Positions 26,357 through 39,889 of a DNA stretch of 64,000 nucleotides are shown piece after piece. The translations under genes were made by a program, and so were the position numbers. Each line of letters starts with the position of its first letter. The first letter of the stretch is position 1. Source of the stretch: Eledone cirrhosa (lineage: Eukaryota); NCBI GenBank assembly GCA_964016885.1, contig OZ024742.1:220348001-220412000 (forward strand), written 5' to 3'. Below the pieces are notes generated by a model. That model worked only from the letters and a program-made list of their open reading frames with translations. It was not told where the DNA came from and did no database searches.

Positions 26357-26454
26357 AAGGATAACTTTTTCATATGTAACCCATTTGCAACGCCGCAGCT
26401 CCATTATTATCATATTTATATATATATATATACACAAGCTTACACGCATACATA

Positions 26455-26525
26455 ATGTTCCAGCGCCTCTCTCTTGCCATCCTCCGGGGCAATGTCTTCA
26501 CCATCCTGTCGGCCGGGACCACGAT
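26455..26525 (+). mobile_element. CRE-clade extreme 3' fragment
   Basis: FQRLSLAILRGNVFTILSAG aligns with FERVSLAVLTGKAFSILSAG of the 46.6-kb copy. Confidence 0.7.
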
Positions 26526-26879
26526 GAGGATTGACCCTAATGTTCCATTTATGATGATGGCATGTGAAATAGATTTACTTCCGGTAAAAAGTCAACTTTA
26601 CACTGGAAAAAAACAAAAGAACGACAACCATGAAATTTATATCTCCAAAACTGTTATACTTTCGTTGTTATTTTGAAAAATGCCACAAGTAGTTTGCATA
26701 CAAAATAGTTGAGATATGCCTACCTGTCACAATATTAAAAAAACAAAAGGGACAAATTCTCCAGTAGTGTGTACATTAAACCTATATAGTGCATAGCCCT
26801 AATCCAATCATAGAGTAGAGTTCAGGTAAAATTATGTTAAAAGGTTTTAGAAGTGGGACAAGAGATCATAGGCTAGTGA

Positions 26880-27740
26880 TATAATTGTTTCTACTTTAGG
26901 CACAAGGCCAGCAATTACCCAGTGCATTACTGGTACTTTATTTTATCGACCCCCGTAAGGATGAAAGGCAAAGTCAACCTCGGCGGGATTTGAACTCAGA
27001 TCGTAAAGGGACGTAACTATGCTGGAAAGCATGGCGTCCGACCCTCTACCGATACTGCCAATCCACCGAATGGTTTCTGATGATGGCACCAGGCCAACAA
27101 TTCTTGGGGAAGGGAAAGTCGATTAAATCGACCCCAGTGCGCTACTGGTGCTTTATTTTATAGACCCCGTAAGGATGAAAAGCAAAGCTGAGCTCGGTGG
27201 GATTTGAACTCAGAACGTAAAGGGACGTATCTATATGCCACAAAGCATGTGGTCAGACGCTCCACCGATTCTGGCAATCCACCGCCCTAGTGACATAATG
27301 AAATCGTATGTTAATGGGGTACTATTTTTTAATGAAACAGGAAGTGAAAGCAGGTCCCATGACTTTTCCAAATCTCCGTGACTGGTGAGAATGAGGTGGA
27401 AGGAAGGTATCCTCTAACCAGAGACCTGGTTTCAATGCTTGCAACAGAGTGGACTTCGTTAATGGCATCCAAGGGCCAGGTGATAGTGTTGACGAATCAC
27501 TAACACAGTGAGATTTGAACTCAGAGCGCAAAGAGCTTGAATAAATACCCCAAAACATCTCGTCCCTTGCTTTAACAATTCCACCAATTCACCGCCCTCG
27601 ATTCCTTCTATAATTTATCAGCACCGAAAGGATGAAAGGTAAAGTTGACTTCGATTTTATTTTAATTCAGGGCATAGAGATCCGAGGGGAAATGCTGCTA
27701 CGCATTTCGTCGTAAGCTTTAACGACTCTGCTAATTCACT
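26880..27740 (-). mobile_element. Cluster of about 4 SINEs
   Basis: 26880-27068 and 27075-27287 are near-complete. 27440-27600 and 27610-27740 are degenerate. Confidence 0.8.
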
Positions 27741-28249
27741 ATTTGAAAAATAAGTGAAAAATACTTGAAACGATAGTGTCAAACACTACAATATAATCAA
27801 GTGGTGTTTTATTGTGTTTCCGAATGAGTTATTAAGCATCCATTATGGTATTATGATGAGTGTTCAGGAGGCCTGGTATAAGCTAAAGAATGTATATTAT
27901 ATCATTAAATATAAATTAAAAGATTAAGTGTGAGTATACTTAAATGTAAAGATTAAGCTGGCCCACAAATGAAAAGGTGTTGCTGTTAAGGATCGAAACA
28001 CCCAATGGACGTTGGACACTGTCTAATGACATCAACACCTCCTGTCTAAGACTATGTTCATTGAAGTTAAATGTGAGACATCTTTAAGATATAATCATGT
28101 CTTCATATAGATGGTACTATAAAAATTGAGAAGTAATATTTCAATAGTTCTGTCAAACATTATAATATAAACAAGCAGTAATCCGTCGTGTGTCTTAATA
28201 GGTTAATAATTATTTATTTGCGTTTTCCATTTACCTTATAATCACGTGC

Positions 28250-28570
28250 GTGCATGATCCCGTAACACCTGATGGAGTGGTAGGAGCATACGACATTTCT
28301 TGGGCATTTTTTAAACCTGGCGGAGCCCGTCTCCTTTCAAGGTCTGAGTACAGCAAATTTATTCCAGAGAAAGATAGAAAGTAAGAGAGAGGAAATGAAA
28401 AAAAGATAAAGAATCGACAATAGTACTAGACTGATACTTTTTTATTGACCTTGAAAGAATGAAAGGTGGAGTTGACCTTGGCAGGATTTGAACTCAGACA
28501 GCCGGAAGCCGGAACGAATAACGCAAAGCATTCTATCTAACGTTCCGACAACTCTGCCAATTCGTCGCCC
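28250..28570 (-). mobile_element. Older extended SINE
   Basis: Same composite structure as 8350-8683. Confidence 0.6.
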
Positions 28571-29324
28571 CTTATAATCATGTTACTATCTTAAATTTCG
28601 TTTTTAATGATGCTGTTTCCATCAATAATTATTTCTTACATAGACACAAGACCAGGGCTTGGCTGGTCCTTATTTTATTAGCCCTGGTAGGATGAGAGCC
28701 ATCAATAGTGCCCAGAAAAAAGATGTGCCATAACTGCACCCCCTGTGAATTCCACCTAGCTTCAGCATCTGTTATCAATCATTTTAGCATCTTTTAACCC
28801 AATTGTATCTCATATTATTACCACCTCTCACTTTCCTTCATTTGCATCTTTCATTCTTTGTCTTATCTTTCTCCGTCATTTTCTATCTCTCCTATCTCCT
28901 ATCTTTCAATTTCTCTTCTCTGGCATGCTCTATATTTTGTTAATATTTCTATATTTTCTTAAACTCTAACTGGACAATCAGTGTTCACATTTACAATTCG
29001 CTTGCATTTCTAGTGTAGTGTTCTTCTCCCTTTCTTTCATTGCTTAATTTTGTTCTCTTCTTTTCTTTTTTTTTCGTACCCTTTAACAGTGTGCTTTGTT
29101 TTTGTATAAATAGCTTTGTATTACAGTTTGGAAAGCACAACGTCAAATCGTCATAAATCATTCACCTATAACAAACTTCTAATGAAAATATATTAACTGG
29201 ACTCTAGATAAAACTTCCTGATACGCCCAATCATTAATCTCATATAAGCATACATACATACATGTAATGTGTGTGTGTGTGTGTGTGTGTATGTGTGTGT
29301 GCGTGCGTGTGTGTGTGTGTGCGC

Positions 29325-29411
<87 letters not shown>

Positions 29412-29595
29412 CGAATGTGTATATATGTATATATGTTTTTTGCCTGCGGCACATCACAAAATCGGATTGTCATCTGAAGATACCGTTCTCATAACAACAA
29501 GAAATGCATAAATTACATCTTGGATTACATAAGAGAACCGTTGAAATAATTATTATGAATAAACAATTTATGTAACATCAGCATCTTTCTTAATG

Positions 29596-29652
<57 letters not shown>

Positions 29653-29656
<4 letters not shown>

Positions 29657-30177
29657 TAAATGACGGGAGGTCGACTGGTGAAGTTCCCTTAAAGTTTTAT
29701 TGTTGTAAAAACATTAGCCAGGTTAGGTAGAATCACAGTGACATTATCAGGTGAATATTGCATAATAGTTTCACGATAAAGGAATTATGGCAAACACAAA
29801 CAACATTGACTAGCTTATTATTCGGAGGTTGTCTCTGGCACTGATAACACCTACTCCTTAGACCACTTTCGAATCAAATACTTTCTCTATTTGCTTGTAT
29901 CTTCTCGGTCTGTGTTTGCCATAATTCCTTTATTGTGTAACTATTATGCAATATTAATCTGATGATGTCGCCGTGATTCTACATAACTTGGCCATTGAAA
30001 TATATATATTGTTTTTGCCAGAATAAAATGTTAAGGGAACTTCACCAGTCCGACCTCCTGTCATTTATTCGAAATAAGTTGCGTAACGTTGAGTACTTTT
30101 CCTACAATTACATCGTGATTAACTATACGGCATAACCAGTTCTATCCAGTAGTGGTGAACTACCAAACATCAATGAA
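29653..30177 (+). mobile_element. Self-inverted PLE-like insert in (TA)n
   Basis: Arms ~29655-29797 and ~29912-30069. CTGATGA at 29959…GAAA tatatata at 29997 is a degenerate hammerhead. TTGAGTAC in the tail at ~30089. Confidence 0.65.
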
Positions 30178-30579
30178 TATATATATATATATAACAAGCA
30201 GCAGTACCAGGCCCTGCTTGGGTATGTTTAACACCTGATATATATACATTCGCATGAATTTATTATAATCATGATAAATTGATTTCAAAATATGCTTGTT
30301 GTTCTCCCAGGAGGGTTCATTTCCTCAGAATTGTTGTGTCAAAGTAATTAATTCCATTTACAAAGTATCAGAAAGAGTCACGTAACGTAATCTGACATTC
30401 TCTTGGATTTGCTGTGCTTTTATGCCAAACTTTAGCTACCTAGATACGTGCAACTTGTAATATATTTTGAGTTATCCAATCAGAGCAGGAAAATACCTCT
30501 TCAAACTACTGAACATTAATAGTGTAATTTTTTTTTTCTTTCACCTATCTCGTCATTATCCTGTTCAACCTTTTCTTCC

Positions 30580-30740
30580 TCAAAGATCAATGGACTGTCA
30601 GTAACGCACAAAGCTCCTGGGCAGTTCTCACGGTGATTTTTCACAATCGCAACCTAAGATATAAAGCAAAAATGTTGGTGCATTAGACTGTTATGCACTC
30701 AAGATTGCTTTATAACTGTGATACTTAAACAACATAAAAG
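30580..30740 (+). mobile_element. RTE LINE fragment
   Basis: SNAQSSWAVLTVIFHNRNLRYKAKMLVH*TVMHSRLLYNCDT resembles the RTE motif TK..VY..VLS.LLYGCETW. Confidence 0.55.
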
Positions 30741-30929
30741 TGCGAGCCCCGCGAGGTGGAGTAGTTGTTCCAACTCGTCTCCCGTGCGGACCCCCGGGAC
30801 AATGTCTTCTCCATCCTCTTGACCGGGACTGTCCCTTAGTTTCATTTATGGTGCTGGAATGTGGATTAGGTTTACATCCATAAGCATGAGTAAATATTAC
30901 ACTTTGAACCAATATGTTCGAATAAGTGA

Positions 30930-31700
30930 GCTTTGTATCTCTTCACTGTGAGACATAAAATTAGTGCATCAAACTGTTGTGTTCTCCAGACTTCTCTAAC
31001 TGTGGCACTTAGAACAACATATCAACATAAAATACGTCGCTTGAGAGATGCCATTAAGCAAAACTATGATTGACCCTGAATCTCAAAAATGGGATAACTA
31101 TATCACAAATAACGATGTACTGGCAAGAATAAAAAAAAAAGAAAAACAAACGAGAATCTAAAGCATCATTGGAAAATATCAAGTTTGAGAGCTTCGACAT
31201 ATTATTGCAGCATCGATTCACAGATACTCATTGGAATAACTTCAAGAATCGGTTCCGAGTCCTTCAAAACAGTTTCTCTGACTTTCTTTATAGCTCGTAT
31301 AATATTATTCTCTCCAATTGTATGTGGCATGTTTTTTGTTTTTATTTGTCCCTGTTACGGTAAATGATATATTATAAGGGGGTCTCCATTTCTCTTTTCA
31401 ATATGAGCTAAGAGAAAAATTAAGAAAGTTTACCATTTTCCATATTTCGTTATCTTAGAAAATCTGAAAATGTGTATTTTGCTTTTCTGGGTGCATCATC
31501 TCAAGATCTTTCATGGTCGAAGGCTCCATTGCATCATTTTTAAATGTCTTTTCACATATCAAACACGTAGGTATTGTCTCATTAGTGATCGAAAGAATAA
31601 AACCAAATTTATAATATTTTTGTGAATAATCACATTTTCCCATAGGGTTCTAGATACTACGAGAATGATTTTATTACCATGAGTGATTTACCTGGCAACA
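30930..31700 (-). mobile_element. hAT (Charlie/Buster) transposase N-terminal remnant with BED finger
   Basis: YSQKYYKFGF…PTCLICEKTFKNDAMEPSTMKDLEMMHPE. Confidence 0.7.
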
Positions 31701-32170
31701 CCCCGGGTTGTACAAATGTTTATATGGCAAAAATAGAGGATAAATTGGCAGAGTAGTTCGAGTGTAGGACAGAATGTTTTGTGACATTTGTTTCGGAACT
31801 CTACGCCCTGAGTTCTATCTAATCCTGCTTTTCTTCTTCCTGGGGTCGGGATCAATGAAATAAATTACCAGTCCAGGGCAATGTATTGGTGGAATTAATG
31901 GGGCAGCGGATGGGATATCTTGCAGTATTTCATTTATAATTGCATATCTTATCTCGACTCTGCCAATATATCCTTTGATGTTCTATTAAACTCTAATATT
32001 TTTCTATTTCAGTTTCACTCGCCACCCTTATACTTCCCCTTTTTACCTATCGCTGCACTTATTCATTTATTTAATGTTTTACATTTTTATATTTGATTTC
32101 TCATATGATTTATTGGGAAAACAAGCAAACAGAAAAAAACGATAGCAACAAAACATTATTTCCAAAACTG

Positions 32171-32357
32171 GTGGTGGATTGGCAGTATCGGTAGAATGTC
32201 AGGCGCCGTGCTTTGCAGCATAGAGTTATGGCCCTTTACGTTCTGAGTTTCTCATCCCGCCGAACTTAACTTTGCCTTTCATCCTTACGGGATCGATAAA
32301 ATAAAGTACCAATAATGCACAGGGGTAATTGCTGGCCTTGTGCCAAAATTAGAAACA
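32171..32357 (+). mobile_element. Full-length SINE with 16-bp TSD
   Basis: attatttccaaaactg at 32155-32170 and 32358-32373. Confidence 0.92.
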
Positions 32358-32414
32358 ATTATTTCCAAAACTGTCTTCAATCTTTACTTGATTATCGCTT
32401 AGTATATTGTTTAG

Positions 32415-32540
32415 TGAAGGCACATGGTTTAGTGGTTAGGGAGTTGGATTCTCAATCGTGAGGTTACGAGTTCAATTCTCGGACCAGGTGATGCGTTAGG
32501 TTCCAGAGCATGACACTTTATTTCACGTTGCTCTTTCTGT
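32415..32540 (+). mobile_element. Second-family tRNA-derived SINE head
   Basis: tggtttagtggttag (A box)…gagttcaattc (B box). Confidence 0.6.
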
Positions 32541-32749
32541 CAGGATTTGCGACCAATAGATAGTATCAGCAATGGAAACATTGTTTCCTTGGCCCAATTT
32601 GATGAGTCTCCCACTCTCCACACACTCGGTGCTTGGATCTTGTGCTCTGGATCTTGTCGATCGATTCCCCCCACCCATTGCTGCCATTAAATATATTTTA
32701 CTTTCTTCTTTTAAGAATAACAATTTGCAAAGATTTAAGCTGGCAATTG

Positions 32750-32892
32750 TCGGATGATTTCATACGAATAAAACAGTTCTAGTCCTGTAGAAGTCATTTC
32801 TATATGAAATAAAAATGACTCTACTCTACTAACGCATTGAGTACCTTTCTTAACAGTGGCCACCTCCCCATACTCATCAGGAATCAACACGC
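32750..32892 (+). mobile_element. PLE 3' end (family of 3030, 12803, 57957)
   Basis: Decayed hammerhead + ttctagtcctgtagaag + TTGAGTAC tail, ending at (TA)n. Confidence 0.6.
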
Positions 32893-32966
<74 letters not shown>

Positions 32967-32980
32967 CCCCCTATCCGAAC

Positions 32981-33016
32981 TTTCCCGATGAAGGACTTCT
33001 GTCCGAAACCTTGAAA
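32981..33016 (+). ncRNA. Minimal hammerhead motif
   Basis: uuuc CCGAUGA a ggac uucu gucc GAAA cc UU gaaa, in a ~120-nt insert between (TA)n tracts. Confidence 0.65.
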
Positions 33017-33082
33017 TCTCCTCCAATTCCACCAAGCGTGAACCTATATAGCTGAGTACAATTGCCTCCTGTGTTTTGTTCG

Positions 33083-33170
<88 letters not shown>

Positions 33171-33493
33171 TTTTCCTTTAATGTTTATCCTCTCTATTTC
33201 CTTTTAACATCACCGATCTGCTTTTTGTTTTCTTTTTTCTTATTCGCTCTGAAATAAATAGGCTGTGACATCGATCGCCTTATAATGAGTGTCCAACATA
33301 AAAATGTAATGAAGCGTAACTGGAATAAGAATAATTCGTCTATGGAGTTCGGTTTGTGTGTGGTTATTAGTATGCGTGTTTATTTGTATAAATATATATA
33401 TATATATATTTCTTTAGCTTTTTGAGCAGCAGTGACGGTGGTGGTATCCTATTATATACACACACACTGGGCTCGATGTAATCGTCCCCACTA

Positions 33494-34082
33494 TCTATAT
33501 ATATAAAACTGAGGATGTCTGTCTGTATGTGTGTGAGTTTGAATCGCTAAAACTAGAGAAGCACCCAACCGACTGTTTTGAAACTTTACACATGTAATAC
33601 TTATGTTTCAGGGAGTGTTCTGAGCAAAAGAGTTTCAAATTTTCAATGCCCTAGGGCCGCATTAGGCGATTTAGCGATCTCTCTCTATAATTCTTAGTCT
33701 TTCTCTTTTTAGATAGATACATACATATAACGTCGCGCCCTTATAATAGCTGTCTGTATGACTGGCTGTCTGCATTACGTCACTTCCTACAATTCGCTCT
33801 GCGTCCAGAACGCGCCCTTATAATATCTGTCTGTATGTCTGACTGTCTGCTGCCTCTGGTTATTCGCCACCCTTGCTCAAGACAAATCTCACACTCATTC
33901 CCCAAACAGTTGGTAAGTGCACACAACTTCTTCCTCACGTTTTAAGCCACAGTGTTGCTTACTTACGTACCACCAGACCCTTACTTCTTTGCCAGCCGTG
34001 GTTGTGGCAATACTTAGCTTAGTTAAGGCGGTTATATATTTCACAATACCTTATCCCGTGCAACGCCGGGTACCACTGCTAG
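33494..34082 (+). mobile_element. Complete non-autonomous Helitron (589 bp)
   Basis: A|TCTATATATATAAAACTGAGGATGTCTGTCTG…cccgtgcaacgccggg…CTAG|T with no TSD. The host repeat is uninterrupted at 37636-37795. Confidence 0.9.
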
Positions 34083-34222
34083 TATATAATAAATTCATCA
34101 TAATTTATTTTGTTTACACATATCGGGACTCTACTCATGTGGAGCAATAGAACTGCCTCGATTAGCTTTGGTTTGTTTGTATGTAAGTAATGTATGTATA
34201 TATGTATGTGTCTGTATTATGT

Positions 34223-34307
<85 letters not shown>

Positions 34308-34860
34308 TTAAAACAATGAAATAAAAAATCAAGTCCTTAGAGATATACTTCACTGCTTTACGATCGTTTCCAGATGCTGATAATACATTGTATCTATACT
34401 CAGTTATTGTTTTTTTCATATTCATATGGTGTTAAGATGAAAAGTAATACACTTTAGTTGAGGTCATGACCCTTTGAAAGGAATGGTTGAAAGGTGTATA
34501 AAAATCTATTAGGAAGAAAGGGGATTGTCAAACTGATTGTTGAATGTATCTTGTATAGTGAATTTAAAAGGAATGTCAAAATAAATGGTGATTAGTGTTG
34601 TATTGAGTTTTAAGGTGAATATAAATTAATATTATGGCTAGGAAAGATAGTATATTAAAAGATGAAAATCATAATGAGATAATGAGATATAGTAATGCGA
34701 TAATATACAACTTAACCAACAGAATATAGTACGGTGTGGTAAATTGCACTCAGTATAATATAATATATATATTATACGCTCTAAAATATTGCTAAGTATG
34801 TTTATGCATAAACAATCAAACTCAGGTAAGTACATGTTGGCATAGTTAAAACACTTATAA

Positions 34861-35085
34861 AACACTTACAATTATAAAAAGAAAAAAATAGATTTTAAGT
34901 TATCGTGGAAGACCATTCTACAAAAAACTCCATATCTTGGAAACAGGAGGAAATGCAGATTATGTTCAGGAGAGATCTTGGAAATTACTAAATCTAAGGA
35001 CGATTTATTAAATAAAAGACAGGAATTGATCATAGTCTGTAATCACCGTATACGAAAAACATTTAAATACTATAAACCTAATTAA
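34861..35085 (+). pseudogene. PLE GIY-YIG endonuclease C-terminal part (no ATG, so absent from the ORF track)
   Basis: …IDFKLSWKTILQKTPYLGNRRKCRLCSGEILEITKSKDDLLNKRQELIIVCNHRIRKTF*: W..I…PY….KC.LC..E…..LLNKR.EL…C.H signature. Confidence 0.8.
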
Positions 35086-35737
35086 ATACTATAAACCTAA
35101 TTAAATATTCTAAATAGCAACTCACTATAATTCCGTGTAGAATAACATTTATTAGTACCTCTTTCCCCTAATTATATGCTTTTATGCTTATTTTTGCCTT
35201 TAATGTTTTAGCTTCCTTAGATTTATGCGTTAATGACTAAAGGCAACAAGATACACAGCCACCCGTAATTGCATGTGTAAAAATAAACATCTATGTATGA
35301 TATGTAAATATATTTATGTGTGTATATGTTTGTGTATATGTATATATATATATATATAACTTTATTCATATGTAACCCATTTGCAACCACGCAGCACGTT
35401 TTGTTTTCATATTCACACATATTTTCCTCCGCTGTGACCCGTCTATTTCTTTCTTACTGCTTCCTCTTTCTCTGTATCTTTCACCTCCCTTTACCCTCTC
35501 TAACAGTCACTCTCTCTGTTAGCCTTCCTCACCCTTCACTCACTCACTCTCTGCTACTCCCTCTCCTACTTCCTCCCGTTTGACCTGTGCGTATGTATAT
35601 ATATATATGTATATATGTGTATATGTGTATGTATGTATGTATGTATGTATGTATGTATGTGTATGTGTATATGTATGTACATGTATGTATGTATGTATGT
35701 ATGTATGTATGTATGTATGTATGTATGTATGTATGTA

Positions 35738-35774
<37 letters not shown>

Positions 35775-36507
35775 GTATGTGTATGTGTATATATGGGGGT
35801 ATAGATGTGTATGTATGGATATAGATATGTATGGATATGTATATATATGATTATATGCATGCGTGTGGATGTGTATTTAGGTTTGCCTCTATTTGTACGT
35901 ACGTATATTTTGGTTAGATATCAATATAACTGTACCTCTCTCTGTATGTAGTGTGAATATGTGCACTATGTAGACTATGAAATTTATGTGTTTTAACTAT
36001 GCCAACATGTACTTATCTGAGTTTGATTGTTTATGCATAAACATACTTAGCAATATTTTAGAGCGTATAATATATAATATGTTATATTATACTGAGTGCA
36101 ATTTACCACACCGTACTATATTCTGTTGGTTAAGTTGTATATTATCGCATTACTATATCTCATTATCTCATTATGATTTTCATCTTTTAATATACTATCT
36201 TTCCTAGCCATAATATTAATTTATATTCACCTTAAAACTCAATACAACACTAATCACCATTTATTTTGACATTCCTTTTAAATTCACTATACAAGATACA
36301 TTCAACAATCAGTTTGACAATCCCCTTTCTTCCTAATAGATTTTTATACACCTTTCAACCATTCCTTTCAAAGGGTCATGACCTCAACTAAAGTGTATTA
36401 CTTTTCATCTTAACACCATATGAAAAAAACAATTTGATTCGTTAGTTCTTCAACTACCTCCTGGACATGATACTAATTCTGAGTAAAATTATTATTGAAT
36501 AAAATTA

Positions 36508-36647
36508 TTATTGCTTTTGAAAACAGCTGGTGATATGCATGTAAGTAAATATTCTCTCTATCTGATAGTTTGTAAACTTACATAGATCAATAACTGAGTA
36601 TAGATACAATGTATTATCAGCATCTAGAAACGATCGTAAAGCAGTGA
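36508..36647 (+). ncRNA. Hammerhead with U3-A8 core and ~100-nt stem II domain
   Basis: uuauugcuu UUGAAAA cagcuggugauaugcau…auguauuaucagcaucu(a/g) GAAA cgaucg UA aagcaguga. Confidence 0.7.
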
Positions 36648-36823
36648 AGTATATCTCTAAGGACTTGATTTTTTATTTCATTGTTTTAACTTATATCATG
36701 TCTCTGTTTTCCTTTTAACGTTTTATTGTTTTCTGAGATTTATCTTAACCTACAACATTTTCAACATATGGATTACATTGAGTTCTTCATACAGAATATA
36801 CCCCACAACTTACAGTGGATACC

Positions 36824-36874
<51 letters not shown>

Positions 36875-37040
36875 ATACATACATGCATACTAGGAGAATT
36901 TTTGGTAACGTTTATCTATTTTTTCTTCAAACTTACATTTTAAACTTAGCTGCGTTTAAATGATTATTTATCTAGTTAATTTCTACGGACTAAGAAGAAA
37001 GACGGTAAATTTTATCTAAATGTTCTTCAAACTTATAATA

Positions 37041-37098
<58 letters not shown>

Positions 37099-37145
37099 AA
37101 AATGTAAACAGAAATAACAAAACAAACGGTACGATATATGGAAAG

Positions 37146-37181
37146 AAATAATGTTTCGGTCGCTAGTCCTTCATCAAAGAA
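37146..37181 (-). ncRNA. Degenerate minimal hammerhead (family of 43530)
   Basis: UUGAUGA a ggac uagc gacc GAAA cauu. Flanks are shared with 43440-43680. Confidence 0.45.
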
Positions 37182-37329
37182 AGAATAAGAAATTAGAAAG
37201 ATTAAGGGGTTGGGCACGGCGAAATCTGAAAAAAAAATTTTAGACAAAAATAACAGGTCCATTCATGTTGATATCTCTTGGAAAACTACTGATGCTGGCA
37301 TTTTGTGTATAATATACTTTTTAGAAAAG

Positions 37330-37875
<546 letters not shown>

Positions 37876-38424
37876 GAGAAGAATGGATACTGCGTGGTTG
37901 CACATGGGTTACATATGATAAAATTAGTCCTTCATCAGTGATTTTCCGACCTTCATTGGTATTTCATCGCTTTAAAAATCATATACCCCCAGTTGGTGCG
38001 ACCAATAGCTCAATAAAGCTATTGGGACAAGTAAATCGCGTAAAGCGAGCGAGACAAGTAAACAAACATAGAAGGATAGCAACGCAAAGATAGGAAAAAA
38101 CAAGCACATGGGAGTCCGATCAGCTTAAGCTGTGTGGATTTCATGAGCGAGAGACAACAGACCGTGCGACGCGAGTGAGGTGTGAGCAAGAAAGGACCCC
38201 ACTTCAGGCCAAACGGGAGGAAGTGAGAAGGGGAGAAGCAGAGAGTGAGTGAGTGGAAGTGCGAGGTAGAGGCCAGTCGAGAGAAAGTGTAACTGACAGA
38301 GGGGGCGAAAGAAGGTGAGAGAAACAGAGAGAGGGGAGGAAGCAGTAAGAGAGAAACAGACAAACGCAGCTGGGGAAAATATATATAAAAAACATGAGAA
38401 GAATGAATACATATATATATATAA

Positions 38425-38614
38425 AACGAAGGAGTTGTGGTAAGGAACCAGATGGACCATAACACACCAGAGTACTCAATACTTAGTGTAGTAGAGTGGG
38501 TAATAGAAATATGTATGTCCCCGACGGCAGAGCTCAAGCCGTTTCGACGGCTATTTCAGTCCAGAAATAGCCGTCGAAACGGCTGGAGCTCTGCCGTCGG
38601 GGACATACATTTTC

Positions 38615-38616
<2 letters not shown>
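38425..38616 (-). mobile_element. Self-inverted PLE-like insert (family of 18091)
   Basis: Foldback at 38511-38610, with gtattgagtac on the - strand at ~38471-38482. Confidence 0.65.
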
Positions 38617-38671
<55 letters not shown>

Positions 38672-38672
<1 letters not shown>

Positions 38673-39006
38673 CAATAATATTAATAAATGGAAGCTATCT
38701 TTATAAAACCATATTTATTTTATTATATATATTTCAGGGGTACCAACATTTTGGTACGCTCTCATCAGATAAAATACAAAAGTTGGTTTACAGATAGTGA
38801 CATATTCAGACAAGAACTTAATGTTGCGAGTTCCACCAAAATTTTGGTACCCTTGAAATATATATAATAAAACAAATATGGTTTTATAAAGATAACTTCC
38901 ATTTATTAATATTATTTATATCATACTCCAGAAGAATTTTGTTGAGTGCTTCTAATCTGTTATAAATCAAATTTGTTGTATAATCAACAAATCAAATAAC
39001 TCATTG

Positions 39007-39008
<2 letters not shown>
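38672..39008 (+). mobile_element. Self-inverted PLE insert
   Basis: Arms ~38675-38757 and ~38835-38914, then a tail with ttgagtgc. Microsatellites on both sides. Confidence 0.75.
38716..38776 (-). ncRNA. Hammerhead ribozyme (canonical core)
   Basis: uauuuuau CUGAUGA gagc guaccaa aaug uugguac cccu GAAA uauaua UA auaaaaua. Confidence 0.82.
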
Positions 39009-39049
<41 letters not shown>

Positions 39050-39053
<4 letters not shown>

Positions 39054-39220
39054 ATTGTTTCTACTTTTGGCACAAGGCCAGCAATTACTTAGTACATTAC
39101 TGGTACTTTATTTTATCGACCCCGTAAGGATGAAAGGCAAAGTTAACCTCAGCGGGATTTGAACTCAGATCGTAAAGGGACGTAACTACGCTGGAAAGCA
39201 TGTCTGGCCCTCTACCAATA
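39050..39220 (-). mobile_element. tRNA-derived SINE
   Basis: SINE consensus. Confidence 0.85.
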
Positions 39221-39773
39221 TTATAAAGGGGGGGGTTCAGGACAGCGTCCGTTTTATAAATTGTTTATCCCGTTAGTAAAACAAGTTGGATTACTTTGAA
39301 TAAATAATGAATGAATATTATGTAATTTATCTACTAAATTTCGTAGCTCTTGGTTAAAAATAAATATTTTTATATATAAAGTATTGCTTATTTTAAGATT
39401 CACTTCTTTAAAATTTTCAAATGTCAACACTTCCGGTTAGCGTCCATTATACATATTACATCACTTATATAAACGTTCATATATTTGCATCATTATATAA
39501 GGTTTATATTTACGTCGCTAATTTTCTCCTTTTTCGTTTTGATAGCATTTTAGGATATTATATATGCAGTTTATATATAATATCCTCTTTTTTTAATGTA
39601 TCATGGATTACTTTACTGATTACAGAAGAGAGTGTAACACAGACTTTGTTCAAATTCTGTGCATATTGTTAATTAGGATTTCATTTGACGTATCATATCT
39701 ACATGCAATTATATTTGCGTATAATATCAACATGCACCCTACACATGCTAGCAGAAAACCACCCGAAGGGTGC

Positions 39774-39889
39774 ATTTCTTTTATTATTGTGCTCATTTAG
39801 CAGAAGACAAGACAGGTGAGAAATATTATATAATATTTCACACCTGTCTTGTCTTCTGCTAAATGAGCACAATAATAAAAGAAATGCAC
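39774..39889. repeat. Near-perfect ~116-bp palindrome
   Basis: gtgcatttctttt…gaaatattat|ataatatttc…aaaagaaatgcac, with one mismatch seen. Confidence 0.9.

Larger units (their letters stand above)
34301..36826 (+). mobile_element. 5'-truncated Penelope-like retroelement with long inverted 5' segment
   Basis: 34301-34854 is the reverse complement of 35988-36696 (left arm lacks ~150 nt). Contains a GIY-YIG C-terminus at 34861-35085, a hammerhead at 36508-36647 and a 130-nt tail. (TA)n on both sides. Confidence 0.85.

Noticed and set aside
32835-32885. Minus-strand CTGATGA…GAAA ggtac TC
   Set aside because: Stems I and II do not pair, and it is antisense to the element's real hammerhead.
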